A DNA stretch of 64,000 nucleotides from an uncultured Candidatus Saccharibacteria bacterium. Its GTDB lineage: Bacteria > Patescibacteriota > Saccharimonadia > Saccharimonadales > JBBQAJ01. Under the pieces are notes generated by a model that had not been told where the DNA came from, searched no databases, and worked only from the letters and a program-made list of their open reading frames with translations. Below are positions 31,487-40,880 of the stretch, piece by piece (position 1 is the stretch's first letter; every line of letters begins with the position of its first letter). The position numbers and the translations under genes were made by a program. The stretch lies in the NCBI GenBank assembly GCA_964593805.1, contig CAZQHP010000001.1, positions 321,516 through 385,515 on the forward strand, written 5' to 3'.

Positions 31487-31506
31487 TTTGCTTGGCAAAA
31501 ACCTGT

Positions 31507-31582
31507 GGCTCTTTAGCTCAGTTGGTAGAGCAGAGGCTTGAAGAGCCTTGTGTCCCCAGTTCGAGTCTGGGAGGAGCCACCA
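31507..31582 (+). tRNA. tRNA-Phe(GAA)
   Basis: Cloverleaf, loop TTGAAGA (G37), CCA. Confidence 0.95.
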
Positions 31583-31583
31583 A

Positions 31584-31659
31584 GCGAGTGTAGCTCAGTT
31601 GATAGAGCGCTTCCTTGCCAAGGAAGAGGCCAGGGGTTTAAGTCCCCTCACTCGCACCA
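31584..31659 (+). tRNA. tRNA-Gly(GCC)
   Basis: Cloverleaf, loop TTGCCAA; D loop GA, T loop TTTAAGT; A73; CCA. Confidence 0.93.
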
Positions 31660-31842
31660 ATGAAAGATCCGGCCATTGAGCCGGTTTTTTCATTGGTGCA
31701 GGCGGTCTCAAAGCTCTGCCCAAAGGCCAGGGTGAGAACTGCCTGTGGCAGTTCGCAAGGAAACCTTCCGGTGAAAACTTGTTTTCATCCGCGAAGTTTC
31801 GAGCCTACAGAATGTAGGTTAAGTCCCCTCACTCGCACCAAT
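31638..31842 (+). repeat. tRNA-linked element bounded by a 24-bp direct repeat of the tRNA-Gly 3' end
   Basis: TTAAGTCCCCTCACTCGCACCAAT at 31638-31661 and 31819-31842; four internal hairpins. Confidence 0.88.
31654..31699 (+). terminator. Terminator-like hairpin that includes the tRNA-Gly CCA end
   Basis: GCACCAATGAAAGATCCGGC-cattga-GCCGGTTTTTTCATTGGTGC. Confidence 0.65.
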
Positions 31843-31911
31843 ATAACTTATCCATTGCATTTTCATCGTTTCAGTACTACGCTTATGTTAATAACATATA
31901 GGAAAACGAAT

Positions 31912-33597
31912 ATGGCAAATAAAGCTAAAACAGTCAAAAGGAACACAAGCGTGAGCAAAGCCAAGCCGGCTCGTTCAACCCGAGCCAAAAAGAAGTCATT
32001 CAAACCCTCTCTGCGGGGTAGCAAAAACAGGCTATTAGTGCCATTCATTGTTTTATTTGCCCTGGTAGGGAGTTATTTTATCTACCAGAGCTTTGCGGCT
32101 ACGCCGAACGCGACCGAAAAAATGGGAGTTTTCAGGGGAGCACAATCTCCTGGCGCGGTAGCAGATTATGAAGCCTGGGCCGGCCGGCCGGTTACCTATT
32201 CGCTTGGTTTTTACGGCAGGGGAACGGGCAGTTTTAGCCAAATTGATGACCCAGGGGCAAAATGTCGCACCTGGGCGCCTACGAAGTACGCGCTTGTATT
32301 ATCAACGGCTATTCTGCCATCATCATCGTATACCTTAGCCGCGGGCGCCAAAGGCGATTACAATACGCACTGGAAAAATTTTGGCCAAAAACTGGTAGAC
32401 AACGGCTGCGCCGATATCACGCTCCGTCTGGGCTGGGAGTTTAACGGTAAATTCTATGATTGGGCAGCCGGAGGCAAAGAAGCTGATTATGCTGCCTATT
32501 GGCGCCAAATAGTTACAACACTGCGTGCCGTACCAGGACAATCATTTAGGTTTGACTGGTGTCCGTTAGCGGGCAATACCAACGCCAACGTTGAAGCAGC
32601 CTATCCTGGCGACCAATATGTGGACAACATCGGCCTTGACGCCTATGACACCAGCACCGTACATACTTCTGATCTAGACAGATGGAACAATCAAGTAAAC
32701 CGCACTTATGGTCTGAAGTGGCAGAAAGATTTTGCCACCGCTCATGGTAAATCAATTTCATACCCAGAGTGGGGATTGACGGTTCGGCCAAAAGACAATC
32801 TAGGCGGCGGAGACAACCCATACTATATACAGAAGATGTATGATTGGATGAACGCGCTGCCAGCCAGTGGTGGGGGCGCGCTTGCATACCAAAGCTACTT
32901 TGAAGACGATGCAGCCGATGGCCAGCACGCTCTTATGAACGGACAATTCCCGAACAGTGCGGCGTTGTTCAAGAAATTATTCGGGGTGTTGCCTGCAACC
33001 AGTACCACGGACACAACAGCGCCATCTGCACCGACAAACCTTGCGGCAAATGCAATTAGCCAGAATCAGATTAACTTAACCTGGAACGCTTCAACTGATA
33101 ACAAAGCCGTCAGCTCTTACGATATCTATAGAAATGGCAGTAAAATTTCCAGTAGCCTCACCGCTAGCTTTAGCGACACCGGGCTGGCAGCGGCTACAAG
33201 CTACAGTTACTACGTAATCGCGCGTGATGCCGCGGGCAATAGCAGTACGGCTTCAAATACCGCCTCAGCCACAACTACATCAGATGCCGTAGCAACGACC
33301 AGCTACAAAACGTCGACTTTCAGTGCAACCCTGAACAAATACAACAGCAAAACTTTCAGCTTATCGTTGCCCAAAGCTGCAATCATAAAATACTCCATTA
33401 ACAACTCCAAAACGAGTGGACGGTTCGACGTAGCCATAATTGACCCAAGCGGCAAGACGGTTCACACGATTTCTAATTCCACGCTACAGATTAACGACAG
33501 CTTTACAATAACCAGCACCGGTACATACAAGTTTAAGGTCACAACTCGGTGGTGGAGCAACAATTCGTTCACTCTAAAAGTAACCTATCCGTACTAA
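31912..33597 (+). CDS. Surface GH26-like glycoside hydrolase with Fn3 and C-terminal beta-sandwich
   Basis: Basic N-terminus, TM ending SFAAT; LRLGWEFNG, YPGDQYVDNIGLDAYD, PEWG; APSAPTNL Fn3; start moved to ATG 31912. Confidence 0.85.
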   Translation: MANKAKTVKRNTSVSKAKPARSTRAKKKSFKPSLRGSKNRLLVPFIVLFALVGSYFIYQSFAATPNATEKMGVFRGAQSPGAVADYEAWAGRPVTYSLGFYGRGTGSFSQIDDPGAKCRTWAPTKYALVLSTAILPSSSYTLAAGAKGDYNTHWKNFGQKLVDNGCADITLRLGWEFNGKFYDWAAGGKEADYAAYWRQIVTTLRAVPGQSFRFDWCPLAGNTNANVEAAYPGDQYVDNIGLDAYDTSTVHTSDLDRWNNQVNRTYGLKWQKDFATAHGKSISYPEWGLTVRPKDNLGGGDNPYYIQKMYDWMNALPASGGGALAYQSYFEDDAADGQHALMNGQFPNSAALFKKLFGVLPATSTTDTTAPSAPTNLAANAISQNQINLTWNASTDNKAVSSYDIYRNGSKISSSLTASFSDTGLAAATSYSYYVIARDAAGNSSTASNTASATTTSDAVATTSYKTSTFSATLNKYNSKTFSLSLPKAAIIKYSINNSKTSGRFDVAIIDPSGKTVHTISNSTLQINDSFTITSTGTYKFKVTTRWWSNNSFTLKVTYPY

Positions 33598-33713
33598 ACT
33601 TTTCTACCATGTTTAGGAGTGGTTTCGGGGGATTCGGCCAGCAATTCAGCTGTTGGTGAATACTTGCTGCCCGCGTAGTAGTTTGGGGTGTACTTTTGTA
33701 TACTACTGGAGAC

Positions 33714-33787
33714 GGTGCGTTGGCCGAGAAGTTAGGCATGGGTCTGCAAAACCCAGTAGACGGGAGCATTACCCGTACGCACCTCCA
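33714..33787 (+). tRNA. tRNA-Cys(GCA), atypical D and T loops
   Basis: GGTGCGT/ACGCACC acceptor, loop CTGCAAA, U73-CCA; T loop AGCATTA. Confidence 0.88.
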
Positions 33788-33788
33788 A

Positions 33789-33876
33789 GCGCGAGTGGCG
33801 GAATTGGTATACGCGACAGACTTAAAATCTGTTGGCTGAATAAGTCTTGTGGGTTCAAGTCCCACCTCGCGCACCA
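33789..33876 (+). tRNA. tRNA-Leu(TAA)
   Basis: Cloverleaf, loop CTTAAAA, CCA. Confidence 0.95.
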
Positions 33877-33936
33877 CACCTTCCTGTTTCAAGAACCGGC
33901 TAGCCATAAACGATGAAACCGTTATAATTTAGAGCA

Positions 33937-34554
33937 ATGAGTGAAGATGTTCGAAAAAGCGATGTTCTGACTCCTTCGGCGGCCAGCGTGGGAGCTTGTG
34001 CGTTCGGTTTAGCCACGGCGTTATTTTTTATAGTTTTGCCTAGGCTTGGCGGTGACGCGTTTTTGGGACTGGTATTTGGCAAAGACGCCAACCTGTCGCT
34101 TATAAATTCATCCAAAGAAAACTATGGGCCCCTGGTAGACCAGTTGCTAAGTAACGATTTGTTGGGGAGAGCGGTGGTGTTTGGGCTATGGGCGTTCGTA
34201 GGGCTGTGCACATTCGTACTAATCACCACCATCATGGGTATTTTGGGAACCGTAGAAGAGCAGACCAGAGAAATGGGTTATATTCACCAAAACAAAGATT
34301 CGCTACTACGCAACGATCTGATCACAGTTGTCTACCGGCTTGGTATCGCGGCGCTATGGGCGGGCTTTTTGGTGCTCTGGTTGCGGTTTGTTTTGAGTTA
34401 TTTCGCGGTTACGGGGTTTGTGGCATTTGGGCAAGGGGCGGCGGGCGACTGGGTAATCTTTACCATAGCTAGCGCCATATTATTTATATCTCTGCACATC
34501 CAAGTTGTTTTTACTCGACTCTTCGTTGGCAAAACCCGTGTATGGGAAAGCTAA
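33937..34554 (+). CDS. Hypothetical 4-TM membrane protein
   Basis: 205-aa ORF with four hydrophobic helices. Confidence 0.7.
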   Translation: MSEDVRKSDVLTPSAASVGACAFGLATALFFIVLPRLGGDAFLGLVFGKDANLSLINSSKENYGPLVDQLLSNDLLGRAVVFGLWAFVGLCTFVLITTIMGILGTVEEQTREMGYIHQNKDSLLRNDLITVVYRLGIAALWAGFLVLWLRFVLSYFAVTGFVAFGQGAAGDWVIFTIASAILFISLHIQVVFTRLFVGKTRVWES

Positions 34555-34599
34555 TGTGTGGTAAAATATAAGTACTGAATAAACAGGGGTAACTGCGGT

Positions 34600-35163
34600 A
34601 TGACACCACTAATTGTAATCGGCGCCATTATCTTGGTGGTTTTGGTTGCCGGCGTAGCCATGTATAACAGCTTGGTACGGCTTAATGTTCGCGTTGAAGA
34701 GGCATGGAGCGATATTACGGTTCAGCTCAAACGACGCTTGGACCTGATTCCTAATCTAGTAAGCACCGTAAAAGGCTACGCCAAACACGAAGCGGAAGTG
34801 CTGGAAAACATTGCCAAAGAACGTGCCGGCATGGCTGGCGGCGGCTCTGTCAAAGAGGCGGCTCAAACCGAAAACATGCTTACTGGCGCGCTGAAAAGCG
34901 TGTTTGCCGTTGCCGAAAGCAACCCTGACCTAAAAGCCAACCAAAACTTCTTGCAGTTGCAGGGCGAGTTGGTTGACACCGAAGACAAAATCCAAGCGGC
35001 CCGGCGTTTTTATAACGGCTCTGCCCGCGACCTAAATACAAAAGTTCTAACTTTCCCAACCAATATCTTTGCCGGCATGCTTGGTTTTAAAACCCGAGAA
35101 TTCTTTGAAGTAGAAGAAGCCGAAGCAGCTGCCGCAGCTAAACCAACCGAAGTAAAATTCTAG
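34600..35163 (+). CDS. lemA: LemA family protein
   Basis: YNSLV, AWSDITVQLKRRLDLIPNLV, PDLKANQNF, ARRFYN. Confidence 0.95.
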   Translation: MTPLIVIGAIILVVLVAGVAMYNSLVRLNVRVEEAWSDITVQLKRRLDLIPNLVSTVKGYAKHEAEVLENIAKERAGMAGGGSVKEAAQTENMLTGALKSVFAVAESNPDLKANQNFLQLQGELVDTEDKIQAARRFYNGSARDLNTKVLTFPTNIFAGMLGFKTREFFEVEEAEAAAAAKPTEVKF

Positions 35164-35181
35164 AATTTCGGGAGAACAGCC

Positions 35182-36060
35182 TTGTATAGCGCGATTGCAG
35201 CCAACAAGCGCAAAACTGTCCTGATGATGGGCGTGTTTGTGGCGCTGGTAGCCGGGCTTGGCTGGCTGTTTGGCCAATATTCCGGCCAGCCCGCTATTAC
35301 GCCTTACGTCTTGATTGGCGCGGCTGTCTACGCGTTGCTCAGTTATTTTGCCGGTTCAAAAGTGGCTCTGGCCATGAACGGCGCTCATGAGATAAAGAAG
35401 CGCGACAATCCGCGCCTGTGGCGAATCGTTGAAAATCTGGCAATTACCGAAGGCCTGCCCATGCCGAAGGTTTATGTTATTGAAGATCCGGCGCCAAACG
35501 CGTTTGCCACGGGACGCAACCCGCAGAACGCAATCGTTGCCACAACCAGCGGCTTGCTGGAGATTATGGACGACAAAGAGCTGGAAGGTGTCATGGCGCA
35601 CGAATTAGGACACGTCAAGAATTACGATATCCGCGTGTCTATGGTAGCGTTCGCTTTGGTGGCGGTGGTCAGTATTATTGCCGACATCATGTTACGCATG
35701 ACATGGTTCCGGGGCGATGATGACGACAATGGCTCCAGTAGTTTGTTTTTTGTCATCGGCATCGTGGCGGCAATCGTGGCTCCGTTAATTGCCATGATGA
35801 TTCAGCTATCTATCTCCCGCCGCCGCGAATTTTTAGCCGACGCGACTGGCGCGCTAGCAACCCGCTATCCAGAAGGGCTAGCCAGCGCGCTGCAAAAAAT
35901 CGGCCATTACGGCAGTACCCTTAAACGCCAAAATGCCTCCACCGCGCACTTATTTTTTGCCAATCCTCTAAAAGTGCGAAGCTTCGCCAGCCTATTCAGT
36001 ACCCACCCGCCCGTAGAAGATCGCATAGCCAAGCTACAAGAAATGGGCCGTCGTGCCTGA
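35182..36060 (+). CDS. htpX: Zn metalloprotease HtpX (M48)
   Basis: PNAFATG, HELGH, SRRREFLAD, STHPP. Confidence 0.95.
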   Translation: MYSAIAANKRKTVLMMGVFVALVAGLGWLFGQYSGQPAITPYVLIGAAVYALLSYFAGSKVALAMNGAHEIKKRDNPRLWRIVENLAITEGLPMPKVYVIEDPAPNAFATGRNPQNAIVATTSGLLEIMDDKELEGVMAHELGHVKNYDIRVSMVAFALVAVVSIIADIMLRMTWFRGDDDDNGSSSLFFVIGIVAAIVAPLIAMMIQLSISRRREFLADATGALATRYPEGLASALQKIGHYGSTLKRQNASTAHLFFANPLKVRSFASLFSTHPPVEDRIAKLQEMGRRA

Positions 36061-36994
36061 TATAAAGTCAAAAGTCGTTAAATCGCGGCGGATTAAAAAA
36101 CCCGTTTATAAATCGTTCCGGATTAGCAAAAAAATCCGCCTTTCCCAGGAGCCTTTGAAAGGCTCGTTCCGGCTTTTGGCCGCGGCGGTTCGGGTGCTCT
36201 TAAAAAACTGGCGGCTTTTTGGAGGCATTGTCTTCGTATATCTAGTTTTGACAGTGGTGCTGGTGAAAGGTTTTGGGGTTAACAGCGACATAGCCCAGCT
36301 CAAAGCCACGGTTCTGGAGCTTTTCAATGGCAGCACCGCCCAGCTAGTTACGAGCCTGACGCTTTTTGGCGTTTTGTTGGGAAACGCCAACAGTACGGCA
36401 AGCGACATAGCCGGCGCCTATCAGTCAATATTGCTGGTCGTCGTTAGCTTGGTTCTAATCTGGGCTCTCAGGCAAAGCCTGGCCGAAAAAAAGCCAGCCG
36501 TAAGCGTGCGCGACGCATTCTACAAAGGTCTGTACCCGGTCATACCGTTTTTGCTGGTGCTGCTGGTAATTGGGTTGCAGTTGCTGCCGCTGGTAATTGC
36601 CAATTTTCTCTATACCGTAATCTTTGGCGGCGGTTTGGCGGTGACAGCCCCCGAGCAATGGCTCTGGGGGCTACTGCTGGGGCTGTTAGCTTTACTAAGC
36701 TTGTATATGATAGCTTCTTCGGTGTTTGCCCTGTATATTGTAACTTTGCCAGACGTTCGGCCCATTCAAGCCCTGCGGTCGGCCCGAGACCTAGTCCGCT
36801 ATCGCCGCTGGGTGGTTATGCGCAAAGTTATGTTTTTGCCGGTGGCGCTCCTAATCCTGGCGGCGGCGATTGTTATACCCATCATCATAATTTCGCCCGC
36901 CATTGCTGAGTGGGTTTTTTTCATCCTCAGCATGCTGGGCCTGGCAATTGTGCATAGCTATTTTTACCAACTCTACCGGGAACTTTTGGGGTGA
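36053..36994 (+). CDS. Hypothetical polytopic membrane protein
   Basis: About 6 TM; overlaps htpX and ligA. Confidence 0.75.
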   Translation: MPDIKSKVVKSRRIKKPVYKSFRISKKIRLSQEPLKGSFRLLAAAVRVLLKNWRLFGGIVFVYLVLTVVLVKGFGVNSDIAQLKATVLELFNGSTAQLVTSLTLFGVLLGNANSTASDIAGAYQSILLVVVSLVLIWALRQSLAEKKPAVSVRDAFYKGLYPVIPFLLVLLVIGLQLLPLVIANFLYTVIFGGGLAVTAPEQWLWGLLLGLLALLSLYMIASSVFALYIVTLPDVRPIQALRSARDLVRYRRWVVMRKVMFLPVALLILAAAIVIPIIIISPAIAEWVFFILSMLGLAIVHSYFYQLYRELLG

Positions 36995-39015
36995 ACTCTA
37001 AAAAACAAGCGACAGAACGGATTATCAAACTGCGCCAGCTGATAGCCGACTACCGTTACCATTATCACGTGCTGGACGAATCAACCATGAGCGAAGCTGC
37101 GGCCGATAGTCTCAAACACGAACTAACCGAACTAGAAGCACAATACCCGGAACTTATTACTCCAGACTCACCGTCTCAACGGGTGGCCGGCGAGCCGCTA
37201 CCCGGTTTTAGCCAAGTTCAGCACAGCACGCGCATGCTAAGTCTAAATGACGTGTTTAACCGTGAAGAACTGGAGGCTTGGGAAAAAAGAATTGAAAAGC
37301 TGACCGGAAGCCAAAACCATGAGTTTTTCGTAGACCTCAAAATGGATGGCTTGGCCTGCGCGCTTCATTTTCAAGACGGAGCATTTGTGCGAGCCGTGAC
37401 GCGCGGGGATGGTTTTGTGGGAGAAGACGTGTCACAAAACGTCATGACTATAGACAGCGTGCCATCCCGCTTGCGGACAACCAAAACTTACGCTCAGTTT
37501 TTGCGCGGCAACACAGAGGTTCGCGGCGAAATAGTTATGTACAAAGCAGATTTTGAAGCGCTCAACAAAGCCCGTGCGGCAGAAGGCAAACCGCTGTTTG
37601 CTAACCCGCGCAACCTGAGTGCCGGCACTATCCGCCAGCTAGATCCCAAACTCGCCGCCGCCCGCCCCCTCAGGTTTCGCGCCTGGGAAATTATCCGCGA
37701 CGATGCAGACGACATTCCAACCCACAGTTTCGCGTATCAAGCCATCCGAGCACTCGGTCTGCCGGTTAACGCCCAGGCTCAGGTTATCAAAAATCTAGAC
37801 GGTATCATGGAGTTTGCTGACAGGTGGGAAAAAAAACGGCACGGTTTGCCGTTCAACACCGACGGTTTGGTAATCAAGCTCAACGATCGGCCAACCTACG
37901 CGCGGCTGGGAGTGGCCGGCAAAGCGCCGCGAGCGGCCGTGGCTTATAAGTACGCCGCCGAAGAAGCCACAACCATAGTCAAAGACATCGTGATTAGCAT
38001 TGGCCGTACCGGCGCGGCCACGCCGGTAGCGGTTTTTGATCCAGTCGTAGTGGCCGGCAGTACCGTGCGGCATGCCAGTTTGCACAATGCCGACGAGATA
38101 AAGCGCAAAGATATTCGGGTCGGCGACACGGTGATTATTTTCAAAGCAGGCGACATCATACCGCAAGTGCTGCGCGTGCTGCCAGAACTTCGCCCGCCCG
38201 CTGCCAAAACTTTTATGATGGAGCCCGAACTTCGCCGCCAATACCCCGAACTGGAATTTGAGCGCCCTGCCGGCGAAGCGGTTTATCGTGTCAAAGGCGC
38301 CACCGGACCACTGCTGCTCAAGCGAGCGCTGGAGCATTTTGCCAGCAAAGCGGCGCTTGATATAGACGGCATGGGTGAAAAAAACGTCGCCGCACTGGTA
38401 AATGCCGGCTTGGTAAATGATTTGGCGGATATATACAGCCTGACCAAAAACCAAATCATAGACCTGGAGCGTTTTGCAGATTTGTCGGCGGCTAATCTGG
38501 TTGAGGCGATAGCCAAAGTCAAAAATCCCACGCTGCCGCGTTTTATTTATGCGCTGGGGATTCGCCATGTGGGGGCACAAACGGCGATTGATCTGGCCAA
38601 TCATTTTAGGCGGTTTGACAGCCTGGGTACGGCCCAATACAGCGAGCTGAAGCAAGTGGAAGGCATTGGGGAAATTGTGGCGGAGTCAGTCCTAGCTTGG
38701 TTTAGCGACGAAGACAACCAGCGTCTGCTGGCGAAATTTCGCAGCCAAGGCGTTTGGCCGCAGGAAGTCAAACATGTTGGCGGCAAACTGTCCGGCAAGC
38801 GGTTCGTGGTGACCGGAACCCTAAAGTCACTAGGCCGGGACCAAGCGGCCGAAAAAATCAGGATGCTAGGCGGTACGTTTCAGTCATCGCTAGGGAAAGA
38901 CACCGACTTTTTGGTAGTAGGCGAGAATGTCGGCGCCAGCAAGCTGAAAAAAGCCAAGCAGTACGGGACAAAGACTATAGATGAAGCGGAATTCCTGAAC
39001 ATGGCGAGCGGTTGA
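36991..39015 (+). CDS. ligA: NAD-dependent DNA ligase
   Basis: LKMDG, TRGDG, EVRGE, ANPRN, OB, HhH and BRCT domains; Zn-finger cysteines absent. Confidence 0.97.
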   Translation: MNSKKQATERIIKLRQLIADYRYHYHVLDESTMSEAAADSLKHELTELEAQYPELITPDSPSQRVAGEPLPGFSQVQHSTRMLSLNDVFNREELEAWEKRIEKLTGSQNHEFFVDLKMDGLACALHFQDGAFVRAVTRGDGFVGEDVSQNVMTIDSVPSRLRTTKTYAQFLRGNTEVRGEIVMYKADFEALNKARAAEGKPLFANPRNLSAGTIRQLDPKLAAARPLRFRAWEIIRDDADDIPTHSFAYQAIRALGLPVNAQAQVIKNLDGIMEFADRWEKKRHGLPFNTDGLVIKLNDRPTYARLGVAGKAPRAAVAYKYAAEEATTIVKDIVISIGRTGAATPVAVFDPVVVAGSTVRHASLHNADEIKRKDIRVGDTVIIFKAGDIIPQVLRVLPELRPPAAKTFMMEPELRRQYPELEFERPAGEAVYRVKGATGPLLLKRALEHFASKAALDIDGMGEKNVAALVNAGLVNDLADIYSLTKNQIIDLERFADLSAANLVEAIAKVKNPTLPRFIYALGIRHVGAQTAIDLANHFRRFDSLGTAQYSELKQVEGIGEIVAESVLAWFSDEDNQRLLAKFRSQGVWPQEVKHVGGKLSGKRFVVTGTLKSLGRDQAAEKIRMLGGTFQSSLGKDTDFLVVGENVGASKLKKAKQYGTKTIDEAEFLNMASG

Positions 39016-39052
39016 TTATGTATATTTGAAACTCAAGGATAAAATACTAACC

Positions 39053-40768
39053 ATGCCAGCAAAACGCAGAAAAAAACCACTCTACCAGCGGCGTCATCTA
39101 GGTTTACACAAACTGGGGCTGTTTTTGGTGGTATTTTCAGTAATAGGCGGCGGTATTATGCTGCTCAAAAGCAGCGCCGCCACTACTTACGCCACCTATC
39201 CGCCCCACCACGCGGCTTGTACCCAAAACACAGCCACTACCCCGTACAATAATTCATACGCAAGGCCCGGCCAGCGTTTTACCGCCCAAGTCAAAATGAA
39301 AAATGATGGTACTTCAAACTTCAGCCCCAACTATGGTTTTATCTTGGTTGAATTCAATAACGGCGCCGCGACCAATTATTGGAAAGCCAGCGGCGGCACG
39401 CTTGCTGGCGACGTAACTCCGGGCAACACCGCTACTTTCAATCTGACCGTAACCGCACCCAGCCAAGTCGGCTCATACGGCTTCAACTGGGCCATGTATA
39501 TCATCTACAACGGCATTTTACGCGAGCCCTGCACCGGCAAAGTACTGACAGTGAAAAACCCTCCAGCTGCTTCTTTGAACCTCAACAGCCAAGCCAGCAA
39601 CATTTCACTTACCCAAGGCGCTGGCTTAACGCTCAGCTGGTCGGCCAGCAACGGCCCAACCGGCTGCACAGCGTCCGGCAGCTGGTCGGGTGCCAGAGCG
39701 GTGTCTGGCAGCGAAAACCGTAGCGGTGATACCGCCACTGTGGGCACGAAAACCTATACTTTGCAATGCGCTAACCAAGTAGGCAGCGGTTCTTCCATAA
39801 CTAGGACAGTGACAGTAAACGCCGCCCCGCCCCCAGCTTCGCCAACACCCTCGCCCGCGCCTTCCACGTCTTCACCGAAACCCTCACCTACCACTGGCGC
39901 AGCTTCAAACAATAACCCCGTGCCCGTAGTAACCACCGACACCACGCCTCCGTCCGCCCCGGGAAATTTTCAAGCCGCATACAACGAAAACGTAGTTGAT
40001 TTGCGCTGGGACGCGGCAACCGATGACCGTGGTGTTAGCGGCTATCAACTAGAACGCTCGCTGGATCAGTCTCAGTGGCAAACAATCGGAGAAACCATAA
40101 ATGGTACGGCCTACACCGACCAAGACGTAAACTTTCAAACAACCTACTACTACAGGCTGCGCGCGATTGACGAGTCCGGCAATGCTTCGGCTAACGCCGA
40201 GGCCCAAGTAGCCACAGGCAGTTTTGCGCCGAACGCCAAGAGCGAAGAAGCGCTGGTTTTGACCAGCGACGACGGCGTGGCAGTAGTTACAGTTCCGGCT
40301 GGCGCCCTAAACGAAGCGGCATCTTGTGATTTGCGCAGTAGCAAATATCTGTCCCCCAACGCAAAAGGCTACGCTTCTATCAGCGGGCCGTATGAACTGC
40401 TTTGCAAACTTGCCAGCGGCAGCCGGGTCACGGCCTATGCCCAGCCAGTTACCGTGCAAGTTATACTTAGTGATTCGCAAAAAAAACAGTACACGGACTA
40501 TAAATTCTACACGCGGGAAAGCGACTGGGCAGAAATCAGGGAAGTGTCGGCAGACAACAGCTTTGTGCTGGGCAACTCAAATGACTTCGCACTGATGGGG
40601 AAAACCAAAAAGACGCCGCTCTGGCAAAAAATTCTCATAACGTTATTTGTAATCGCCGCGGTAGCCGGCGCCGGATTGGTAGGCTTAACCCGACTGTATC
40701 GCTGGCGGCTAAAACGGCAAATTGAGCAAAAGAACCGCGATAACTACAACAAAGAACGCGGCTATTAG
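39053..40768 (+). CDS. Surface protein with Ig-like and Fn3 domains, N- and C-terminal TM
   Basis: TM ending SSAAT; PGQRFTAQVKMKNDG Ig-like; P/S/T linker; Fn3 (WDAATDD..YYYRLRAID); C-terminal TM. Confidence 0.8.
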   Translation: MPAKRRKKPLYQRRHLGLHKLGLFLVVFSVIGGGIMLLKSSAATTYATYPPHHAACTQNTATTPYNNSYARPGQRFTAQVKMKNDGTSNFSPNYGFILVEFNNGAATNYWKASGGTLAGDVTPGNTATFNLTVTAPSQVGSYGFNWAMYIIYNGILREPCTGKVLTVKNPPAASLNLNSQASNISLTQGAGLTLSWSASNGPTGCTASGSWSGARAVSGSENRSGDTATVGTKTYTLQCANQVGSGSSITRTVTVNAAPPPASPTPSPAPSTSSPKPSPTTGAASNNNPVPVVTTDTTPPSAPGNFQAAYNENVVDLRWDAATDDRGVSGYQLERSLDQSQWQTIGETINGTAYTDQDVNFQTTYYYRLRAIDESGNASANAEAQVATGSFAPNAKSEEALVLTSDDGVAVVTVPAGALNEAASCDLRSSKYLSPNAKGYASISGPYELLCKLASGSRVTAYAQPVTVQVILSDSQKKQYTDYKFYTRESDWAEIREVSADNSFVLGNSNDFALMGKTKKTPLWQKILITLFVIAAVAGAGLVGLTRLYRWRLKRQIEQKNRDNYNKERGY

Positions 40769-40805
40769 TAAGTCTCTGTTATGCTACAATTTTAGAGTTC
40801 AATTT

Positions 40806-40880
40806 GGGGTCGTCGTATAATGGCTAATATGCATCCATGGCATGGATGAAATGGGAGTTCGATTCTCCCCGACTCCACCA
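40806..40880 (+). tRNA. tRNA-Ala(GGC)
   Basis: G3:U70 pair, loop ATGGCAT with A32/U38, TTCGATT, CCA. Confidence 0.93.

Noticed and set aside
31660-31911. 84-codon N-terminal extension of the GH26 ORF through the tRNA-linked element
   Set aside because: It runs through a terminator-like hairpin and the tRNA repeat; ATG 31912 gives a normal basic-plus-TM N-terminus.
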